Shown one piece after another: positions 29,519 through 37,144 of a stretch of DNA of 64,000 bases (position 1 is its first letter; every line of letters begins with the position of its first letter). The stretch lies in IMG/VR virus record IMGVR_UViG_3300045988_143356; one strand, written 5' to 3'. The translations under genes and the position numbers were made by a program. The notes under the pieces are model-generated. The model was given only the letters and a program-made list of their open reading frames with translations, had not been told where the DNA came from and made no database searches. This DNA comes from a virus.

Positions 29519-30595
29519 ATGGCAAACATAACTGTACAGAATCATTTCACGATAAGGCGGCTCCGCACCGGAGACACCCTTTTTCTCACAATAGCCAACA
29601 ACGGCGTGCCGCTTATGCAGACAGTTAACACCGCAACCGGCGTGCCCACACCTGATTGGACCATAGAGTCCAACCAACCCGTGTTGACACCGAAGGTTAA
29701 TGCTGCAAGCGGTAATCCCGTTGTGCTTTCTGCGCATAAATGGCTGTATAACGGTTCCGAGCTGACTTTCTCTGGCGCTACGACAGATGGTTGGATTCTT
29801 GATACCACAGAACGGTTCAAGGTTAACGAGGCTACCGGCGCGCTGCGGATAGTGGCCAATCTTGGCGGCACGGATAACCTTGACGGCGATGTGCTTCAAT
29901 ACTCGTGTGTCGCCACCGCCGGCGAGGTGAATTATCCCATGGCGAGGAGCGTGGATATTCAGATTTTCGGGTCAGATGCCGCGTCCTATTATGGCATGAT
30001 CACTGCCACCACAGAACAGATTACCGCAAATACGCCTACCGCCACGGTGACGACACGGCTGTTTTTCGGAAGCGAAGAGAAGACAGGATACACCGTGAAA
30101 TGGTACAAGGACGAGGATATTTGGACAGAGAAGGGAAACGGCTCCTCTATCATTGTGAATCGTGGAGATGTTGACGGGGCACAGCTTATCATAGCCGAGT
30201 TCTACGAGTCTGCCGAGGACATCTCGCCAGTGTTCCGCGCTGGTATCAGGATAATCGACACGCTGGATGACTATTTTGTCGCGCACAGATACGTCGTGTC
30301 TGCCACGAACAGGGCCACGACCGGAGCGAACACAGAGGTGGCACCGAACAAACCGGTTTATCTGGAAGCCTATGTGGTCAATGTCCGGACTAACGTGGAG
30401 TTGACCGGAATAACAGATGCCAAGTGGGTATCTAATATTATGGACAAAGACACCTGGACTTCATTGCTGCGTGTCCCGGTGACGGGTGAGAATACGGGGG
30501 CGACCAACCTCGTCATGGTAACCACCGCCCAGACAGACAAGGACAATGTTGAAAAAGATGTGGTCGTGGTGTCCGAAGTGGAATGGTCTTTGTGA
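29519..30595 (+). CDS. Tail/baseplate accessory protein, beta-rich
   Basis: 358 aa, with repeated Ig-like-looking segments. Confidence 0.5.
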   Translation: MANITVQNHFTIRRLRTGDTLFLTIANNGVPLMQTVNTATGVPTPDWTIESNQPVLTPKVNAASGNPVVLSAHKWLYNGSELTFSGATTDGWILDTTERFKVNEATGALRIVANLGGTDNLDGDVLQYSCVATAGEVNYPMARSVDIQIFGSDAASYYGMITATTEQITANTPTATVTTRLFFGSEEKTGYTVKWYKDEDIWTEKGNGSSIIVNRGDVDGAQLIIAEFYESAEDISPVFRAGIRIIDTLDDYFVAHRYVVSATNRATTGANTEVAPNKPVYLEAYVVNVRTNVELTGITDAKWVSNIMDKDTWTSLLRVPVTGENTGATNLVMVTTAQTDKDNVEKDVVVVSEVEWSL

Positions 30596-30615
30596 TTTTT
30601 TAGTAATTTTGTGCT

Positions 30616-30783
30616 ATGGCAACTAAAGATTTAGGAACAGCAATATTGGGAACGGCCTTGACAAAGGACGACACTATACTGGCGGAGGTCGGCGGCTCCA
30701 TCCGAAGAATCCCCGTATCGGTATTGGCGGACGTTCTGCGCGCCTTGGCATCCGAAAACAATACAAGTTCAGACAACCAATAG
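30616..30783 (+). CDS. Small hypothetical protein (55 aa, below the ORF-track cutoff)
   Basis: Hand-translated: MATKDLGTAILGTALTKDDTILAEVGGSIRRIPVSVLADVLRALASENNTSSDNQ*. High-GC codon usage like the core genes. Confidence 0.4.
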   Translation: MATKDLGTAILGTALTKDDTILAEVGGSIRRIPVSVLADVLRALASENNTSSDNQ

Positions 30784-30803
30784 TTTTTGAATCAGAATTT
30801 GTG

Positions 30804-30811
30804 TATCTTTG
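30804..30811 (+). promoter_or_regulatory. Putative internal -7 box TATCTTTG ahead of the fibre cassette
   Basis: TAnnTTTG match 21 nt upstream of ATG 30833. Confidence 0.45.
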
Positions 30812-30832
30812 CAACACTTGATATATTGTAAG

Positions 30833-31945
30833 ATGGACAATTGTACTTGCATCTCAAGAGAGAGAGTTTCTATTGTATATGGCAATGATTTCACAATCGA
30901 GGCCCATGTCTCCGTTTACGATAAGGACGAAGGTATATATAAGCTGCTCGACCTTACTGGCGTGAAGGAATGTCAGATGCGTCTGGTCGGGACTTATCGC
31001 AAAGCCATCGGCAAAGACATTACAGTCACCGGGTCTAAGGTCACGGCTTTCTTTCCGGGCGGCTCCGTCGGAGTCGGCACTTACGGAGTTGAGATAACTT
31101 TTGTTGACTCGCTCGGCAAGGGAAGAATCTTTGAGCGCAACCTTATCGGTATAGTGTCAGCCAGCGGTGATGCAACCGTGGACAATATTATCGAGGGGGA
31201 GACCGGCGAGGGGCTGAACGTCACGGTCAATGTTTTAACCCGTACCGTGAGAATCGGCACGAGTGGGGGGTCTTGCGTTCCCGATTCGGCGCTTTCTGAG
31301 ACCAGTGAGAATTGCGTGCAGAACAGAGTCGTGACAGGAGCCATAAGGGAGTTGCAGGACTACTGCTTCCCGACTTCACTTGAGGCTTCCATCTCGCCGT
31401 CTTCGGCAGAATGGACAGGTAACTCAGTAGAGGTCAGTGTATCTTTCAGGGTTCTCAGAAACTCTAAGCCAGTAGTAGCTGACACTGTCCAGATCCAGTT
31501 CAACGGCGAGACTAAGACCCTGGAGAATGTAGCGGAGGGCTCAGAGAAATTCACTCTCTCTACTCAGGGCTACAAATCTGGCTCAGTCACTGCTAAGAAG
31601 GGCAGTACTACCATAAAGAACTCACCAAGGTCTATCAGTGCTAATCTTTATCTCCCAGTATATTATGGATTCTCTAAGGCCACCACAGGAAATGAGTTGA
31701 CTATCACTTCACTGACTAAGGGAGGCTCTTCTCTCAATGGTACCAAGACTCTTAACAATGATGATGCTACTAAGTACTTGTGGCTCTGCGTCCCTAACAC
31801 CATGTCGATCAACAAGGTTACATCTGGTGGTTTCGATGTTCCGTTCTTGGCTTCAGTAGAGGCTTCTACTCCACTGGGAACCTACAAGTGCTATCGAACT
31901 AAGGATCTTCCTGGTGCTGGCTCTATGACCATTGTTATCTCTTAA
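30833..31945 (+). CDS. Mosaic tail fibre / receptor-binding candidate
   Basis: ORF 30809..31945 trimmed to ATG 30833. Contains DSALSETSENCVQNRVVTGAIRELQ, a fibre-like motif. Codon usage and GC drop at about 31350-31400, inside the gene. Confidence 0.5.
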   Translation: MDNCTCISRERVSIVYGNDFTIEAHVSVYDKDEGIYKLLDLTGVKECQMRLVGTYRKAIGKDITVTGSKVTAFFPGGSVGVGTYGVEITFVDSLGKGRIFERNLIGIVSASGDATVDNIIEGETGEGLNVTVNVLTRTVRIGTSGGSCVPDSALSETSENCVQNRVVTGAIRELQDYCFPTSLEASISPSSAEWTGNSVEVSVSFRVLRNSKPVVADTVQIQFNGETKTLENVAEGSEKFTLSTQGYKSGSVTAKKGSTTIKNSPRSISANLYLPVYYGFSKATTGNELTITSLTKGGSSLNGTKTLNNDDATKYLWLCVPNTMSINKVTSGGFDVPFLASVEASTPLGTYKCYRTKDLPGAGSMTIVIS

Positions 31946-31958
31946 AACTTAGAATATC

Positions 31959-32315
31959 ATGGCAGATTATATCAAGATCTATGGCGAACTAAGACGACCC
32001 TTAGGGGGACAATATGTCACAGACTCAGATCAGATAAAGCACAAAAATGAGACCGTAAAAGAGGTTCTCGATAGACTAGACGGTGTCACCTACGTAGATG
32101 TCCCAGAGCTCGAGAACGATTACATTGTTCAGGCAAGCGCATCTCACAAAGAGACTGTCTATACTATCGAAGTGGGAGCAACCATTCATGCTATCGTGGG
32201 TGACTCCACCATTAAATGGATGAACGGAGAGGCTCCTGTAACTCAAGCTGATCGCATATACGTGGTCTCAGTGATCGGGTCTCTGGCCGTCTGGGGAGAA
32301 TTTCCAAAAGCTTAA
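31959..32315 (+). CDS. Hypothetical protein (118 aa), low-GC cassette
   Basis: ATG ORF between fibre-region genes. Confidence 0.55.
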   Translation: MADYIKIYGELRRPLGGQYVTDSDQIKHKNETVKEVLDRLDGVTYVDVPELENDYIVQASASHKETVYTIEVGATIHAIVGDSTIKWMNGEAPVTQADRIYVVSVIGSLAVWGEFPKA

Positions 32316-32318
32316 GCT

Positions 32319-32498
32319 ATGAGTGTATTTAGAGCTCTGATGATGCACAAGCATCAGCCTCTGAGTGAGTTTATTAAACTTATTCCAGAGAACTTAGAAT
32401 TTCCGAACCCAGAGAGCACTAAAGATCTAACTATAGAATCTAATGCTCCATGGACTCTTGGAGTTAAATACAACGACGAAACACCTAACAAAGGATAA
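32319..32498 (+). CDS. Mini-ORF (59 aa) encoding only the first half of a BACON-like domain
   Basis: Hand-translated: ...LIPENLEFPNPESTKDLTIESNAPWTLGVKYNDETPNKG*. Parallels the C-terminus of the 32529..34181 protein (LTPESLTFVAAGESKELTIESNDSWTLE*). Confidence 0.45.
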   Translation: MSVFRALMMHKHQPLSEFIKLIPENLEFPNPESTKDLTIESNAPWTLGVKYNDETPNKG

Positions 32499-32528
32499 TT
32501 TATTAATTTCTTAAAAACCATTAAAAGT

Positions 32529-34181
32529 ATGGCAAAACCGAGTTGGATTAAACTGGGCAAGAGCTCAGGTTCCATGAACGATTCCACAACTGTTACCGCC
32601 AGTGAGTACACGGGGCGTCAGCAGAGAGGTGGAACAATCACTGCTAAAACAACTGGAGGTGCAACCGACACTACTTCAGTTTCGCAGGCCGGTAAGGCTG
32701 AGTTCATTAATGTGCCGACCAAGACTTACAATGCCGCTGCAAAGGGTAGCAACTCTGACGGTTCTGACACCATTCAGATCACTGGTACCGCAAATACGGC
32801 AAACATCAAGGTGGCCGAGACTACTGGCAAGATTATCCCTGGGGCAGCCTACAAGATCCAAGTCAACGCAGTCAATGATGAGTCTTGGGATGGAAAGACT
32901 GACACTGGCATTGATGACGATCCGGGTAAGGATGCTCAGTTCACTTTCACTATCGACGTCAAGATCCCAGAGAACAAGACTGAAGCTGCCAGAACATTGG
33001 AGATCAAGCTTCAGAATGGTAACGGTGATGTGACCACAGAAGCTATCACTATCACTCAGGCCAAGGGTGTCAAGTCTTATGGTGCTGTTACCCTCACCGT
33101 GGGCACTTATCAGCAAATCCCAGCTGCCGGTGGTACTGTTGATGCTCCTTCTGTTTCCTTCTCACAGCCTTGGGGATGGAACGGTAAAACTTCGGGTGGG
33201 GGAACCATTACTACTGGTGGCACTGTTGCTTATGCAACTAAGACCGGATGGCCTTCAGCTCTTACCCTTGCCACAGCTACGGGTCAGGTATCTGCGGAAT
33301 CTCGTACAACCGTGGTTGGAGACGTGATTTCAGGCACTGTAACTATCACTCTCAATGCTAATGGCAAGTCTGCTTCCAAAGAGGTTTCAGTTAGTCAGCA
33401 AGCCAATTCCGTTACTTATGCAGTTACGGATGTGACACTGGCTGCTCCAGCTGACATCCCAGCTTCCGGAGGTTCAGTATCTTCTACTACGGTTACAGCC
33501 AAGGGTTCACAGACTTACACCTCGGGTTCAGTCACCAGTGATGTTGCCCTCACCAACGGCTCTGATGATTGTACCATCACCTTTAGTGAGGGAGTTTCAG
33601 CTGCTTCACTTGGTACAACTGTTACCAACAGAACTAAGAAGGGCACTCTCACTGCTACGGTTACTTGGAAGACTACAGCTACCAAGTCCGCTTCTGTAGA
33701 TGTATATCAGGCAGCCAACACCGCTACTTACGGTGACATCACCTTTGACTCTGCCGTTGCCACAGAGGTTTCACTCAAGGCTGACGGTACCCAAAGCCGC
33801 AACATGACCGACAACTCCAGTGTTGGAGCCAAGCAGACTGTCACCTATACTTCGGGCGCCACCAGAACAGAGGCTAGCGCCACTGCTGCGGTTGTCTTCG
33901 ATCTCAGTCCAAAGGTCAAGACCGCCGCAACTGGGTTTGCTCTCTCTTCTGACGGCATCGTCTCTGTTGGAGCCAATCCTACTACTGAGCCTCGTGGAGG
34001 CTTCGTTGTGACGGTTACTGTCACCGGCGAGGGCGACAAGACTGCCACCAGAGACTTCACGTTTAGTCAGCAGGGGTCTTCTTCCTACATCAACCTCACT
34101 CCAGAGAGCCTCACCTTTGTGGCTGCCGGAGAATCCAAGGAGCTCACTATAGAGTCAAACGACAGCTGGACTCTTGAATAA
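32529..34181 (+). CDS. BACON-like/Ig-like repeat surface protein (fibre-cassette paralogue 1)
   Basis: 550 aa. N-terminus MAKPSWIKLGKSSGS...TASEYTGRQQRGGTITAKT...SVSQAG fits the second half of a BACON domain. Shares PWGWNGKTSGGGT with the next gene. Confidence 0.6.
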   Translation: MAKPSWIKLGKSSGSMNDSTTVTASEYTGRQQRGGTITAKTTGGATDTTSVSQAGKAEFINVPTKTYNAAAKGSNSDGSDTIQITGTANTANIKVAETTGKIIPGAAYKIQVNAVNDESWDGKTDTGIDDDPGKDAQFTFTIDVKIPENKTEAARTLEIKLQNGNGDVTTEAITITQAKGVKSYGAVTLTVGTYQQIPAAGGTVDAPSVSFSQPWGWNGKTSGGGTITTGGTVAYATKTGWPSALTLATATGQVSAESRTTVVGDVISGTVTITLNANGKSASKEVSVSQQANSVTYAVTDVTLAAPADIPASGGSVSSTTVTAKGSQTYTSGSVTSDVALTNGSDDCTITFSEGVSAASLGTTVTNRTKKGTLTATVTWKTTATKSASVDVYQAANTATYGDITFDSAVATEVSLKADGTQSRNMTDNSSVGAKQTVTYTSGATRTEASATAAVVFDLSPKVKTAATGFALSSDGIVSVGANPTTEPRGGFVVTVTVTGEGDKTATRDFTFSQQGSSSYINLTPESLTFVAAGESKELTIESNDSWTLE

Positions 34182-34195
34182 GACTGTCATAAGGT

Positions 34196-34217
34196 GGGAG
34201 GGGGCAAAACCCCTCTC
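34196..34217 (+). terminator. Possible hairpin terminator/attenuator between the two BACON-like genes
   Basis: GAGGGG-gcaaaa-CCCCTC hairpin followed by a T-rich stretch without a clean T-run. Confidence 0.3.
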
Positions 34218-34251
34218 ATCTTCTAATTTATTCTAAAAAAACAGAATCATC

Positions 34252-37056
34252 ATGGCAAAACCAAGTTGGATCACTGTAGTATCCGGGTCTACAGGAAGTG
34301 GCTCAGGGACAAGATCACTAAAAGCAAGCTCCCATACTGGAAGGTCAAGCAGATCAGGCTCTATCAAAGGAGTTACCTCTGGTGGCGCCTCTGATTCTGT
34401 AGTTCTCTCACAGGTTGGAGCTGGTGAGTTTATCAGGGTAGACAAGGCTTTCTATTTTGTTGCAGCTCTGGGTGGCACCGTGAAAATCACTGGCACCAGC
34501 AACTCACCATCTCTGAAGCTGACTAATCACACCAGACCATATTTACTTTCCAACTTTGCCCTTAAGGTGAACGGGACTGCCTATTCATGGGATGGGAACG
34601 CCTCTCATCAGATATCGGGTGATCCTGGGGCATCTAGCTCTTACACTTTTGAGATCTCCTTTGACGTGGCAGAGAATCAGACAGAGAACTCCAGGGACAG
34701 CACTTTCAGGCTCCGCGATTCGAGTGATCCTAGGGTGTCTTCTAAAATCATTACTATTAGACAGACAGCAGGCGAGAAGACCTACGGCACTGCAAGTGTC
34801 AATATGAGATATTCTAATTGGAATATAGGCGCAGAAGGAGGAGTTGCTACCCCTTCTTACGAATTTTCAATCCCTTGGGGATGGAATGGCAAAACATCTG
34901 GTGGTGGAACTCTTACCCAATCTAATTCTTCCCATTCTGTAAAATACACCTATTATACTGATCCTCCTGGTTCTCCTTATAACTGGACCTTAAACGAGCA
35001 AACAGGAGAGCTAGTTATGGATTCTCTGGGAAAGGTCATCACTGATTCTTATAAGAAAGCCCGTATTAAGATAACCATTGTCGTTGATGGCCAGACATTG
35101 ACTTCCACCGACTTTGTAAGACAGGATCCTAATAAGGCTACATACACTTTAAGCTCTGCTTCTGTTTCATTAGATGATATCCCAGCATCGGGTGGCTCAG
35201 CTGACTCACCAAACTTTATCTCAGCTTCAGGCAAGATTGATTATTCTTCTGGAGAATCCGATACTCTTTCTATAACATCCTCAGATGTTATCATTACGTT
35301 GTCTAAAACTGTAAATGGCTCGAATCTTGGTTCAACTGTTAAGGCCAGAACAAAACTTGACACAATTATAGCCACTATAACCTGGAATGGTTCCCAAATA
35401 ACCCAAAGCATTGATGTGTACCAACAGGCCAATCAGGTAACCTATTCATCAGTTAGCGCCACATCTTCTACTGTAATTATTCCAAAGACTGGTGGGGATG
35501 TGGATATAGCTGCCAAGGTATCCCCGAACCAGACAGCCACCTATACTTCTGGTGCTACTAGAACCACAACTGATTTTACCTATGAGTTTACATCAGTACC
35601 AAGTTTGGTAACTATTGATGAGCTTAATCTCAAGGCCACTGTTGGTAAGAACGTCACAGGTTTAACTAGAGACGACACTATTGAAATGAAGATAACCGGC
35701 GAGGGGAGCAAGTCAACTACAGCATCTATATCTTATCATCAGGAGTCTTTAGTTATGCCTTCTTGGGATGTTCCTGCTACATTCCGTTTTGACAGTATTG
35801 GTCAAAGTGATCTATCTCCATCAGGCTTGGATTTGAATATATCTGCCCCAGATAATGTGGGTTGGACTATTGAAGGACCTTCTTATGTTGGCAACCGTTT
35901 AGTAAGTGGCGACCCGCTACCAATAAGTGGTACCGGAAATAAGAGCTTGTCTCTGGCACCTGATGTTAACACTTCTTCAGAGAGAACCTTTGATCTCGTT
36001 CTTAAAGCTTCTACTGGAGATGTGATTGCCACTTGCAATTGTACACAGGATGCTTCTGCTGAACAAGCTCACACTCTCACTATTACTCATGAAGTTTGTG
36101 GTAAGTTGAATGTCGCTTCGGGCGATATCACCATTTGTGTATCACCATTTGGAACTCTCAATGAGTTTAATGAAGACTATCTTGAATTAGGGACAACTGA
36201 TTATGTAAATGATAGTAATCTTGGTCTATCAGTTGCGCACTCGGTTATAGAACAGCTATCTACTAAGCTTAACGTAGGTGATTGGATGGATTGCAACTAT
36301 CTCTACTTCTGGGTTAAGAATGGAAGTACCCAAGCTAACGTAGTTCCAGTGTTTGGATCAACTTCTAAGACTCACTTTACCAATACTACTTTTGTGTTCT
36401 ATGAGTATGACCTTATTACTTCTAATCTGAAGAATCAGCTGTCAAACTTTGCAGCTTCAGGAAATACAGACTCGATAGATCTCTCAGAGACTTACGGTGT
36501 GAACCTGCTTTCTACCCGTAAGATGACCCTTAAGGGCACATTCCCTGTGGCTTTTGCACAAGATCCTACAGGTTATGATATGGAAGCGTTCTTACGTCTT
36601 TATTACCATGCAGGAAGCGAGATATGCTATGCTCCGGTGATCCCTATTCAACTCTTTGACAACATTGACACTTCAACCGATTCAAACGGGAATATAATTA
36701 AGAATATAAACTTCTATCGAGTTATACCATTGACTCAGTCAACTAATTATATAACCTTTAATGGATGGGAGATATTCTTGATTAACAATATTGATGTTTA
36801 TAACGTAGTTGCAAAAGCCCATGATGGACATATAAATTTAACCGCAGAGCCTATTTCAGCTAATATGAGTTTTGGATTCTCAGTAGGTACTGGTCCTGAT
36901 AATGATACTGAGGTTACTGGTGATAAGTGGTTAGCTCCGTTTGATGAGGATGGTGATCAATCTTATTGGGGCTGGGATTTTGGATCCTTGGATAATGATT
37001 GTACGATGGATGTTAGTGCTGCTACCGGTGAATCATGGATTGCTCTATTTAGCTAG
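34252..37056 (+). CDS. BACON-like/Ig-like repeat surface protein (fibre-cassette paralogue 2)
   Basis: 934 aa. MAKPSWITVVSGSTGSGSGTRSLKASSHTGRSSRSGSIKG...VLSQVG. Lowest GC of the window in its 3' half. Confidence 0.6.
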   Translation: MAKPSWITVVSGSTGSGSGTRSLKASSHTGRSSRSGSIKGVTSGGASDSVVLSQVGAGEFIRVDKAFYFVAALGGTVKITGTSNSPSLKLTNHTRPYLLSNFALKVNGTAYSWDGNASHQISGDPGASSSYTFEISFDVAENQTENSRDSTFRLRDSSDPRVSSKIITIRQTAGEKTYGTASVNMRYSNWNIGAEGGVATPSYEFSIPWGWNGKTSGGGTLTQSNSSHSVKYTYYTDPPGSPYNWTLNEQTGELVMDSLGKVITDSYKKARIKITIVVDGQTLTSTDFVRQDPNKATYTLSSASVSLDDIPASGGSADSPNFISASGKIDYSSGESDTLSITSSDVIITLSKTVNGSNLGSTVKARTKLDTIIATITWNGSQITQSIDVYQQANQVTYSSVSATSSTVIIPKTGGDVDIAAKVSPNQTATYTSGATRTTTDFTYEFTSVPSLVTIDELNLKATVGKNVTGLTRDDTIEMKITGEGSKSTTASISYHQESLVMPSWDVPATFRFDSIGQSDLSPSGLDLNISAPDNVGWTIEGPSYVGNRLVSGDPLPISGTGNKSLSLAPDVNTSSERTFDLVLKASTGDVIATCNCTQDASAEQAHTLTITHEVCGKLNVASGDITICVSPFGTLNEFNEDYLELGTTDYVNDSNLGLSVAHSVIEQLSTKLNVGDWMDCNYLYFWVKNGSTQANVVPVFGSTSKTHFTNTTFVFYEYDLITSNLKNQLSNFAASGNTDSIDLSETYGVNLLSTRKMTLKGTFPVAFAQDPTGYDMEAFLRLYYHAGSEICYAPVIPIQLFDNIDTSTDSNGNIIKNINFYRVIPLTQSTNYITFNGWEIFLINNIDVYNVVAKAHDGHINLTAEPISANMSFGFSVGTGPDNDTEVTGDKWLAPFDEDGDQSYWGWDFGSLDNDCTMDVSAATGESWIALFS

Positions 37057-37144
37057 TTGCCAAAATTTGAAGGAAGATTACCAAAATTTATAGGTACCCT
37101 ATAATCCGATAGGACTGTATGTTGAAATCATATCATAATAATCC

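Noticed and set aside
32493-32545. T4 gene-60-like translational bypass (take-off GGA followed by TAA at 32493-32498, with a GGA-TTA downstream).
   Set aside because: Landing on the downstream GGA (inside tGGAtt) would enter a frame that terminates within about 10 codons. The second junction (34179) has no matching take-off/landing pair.
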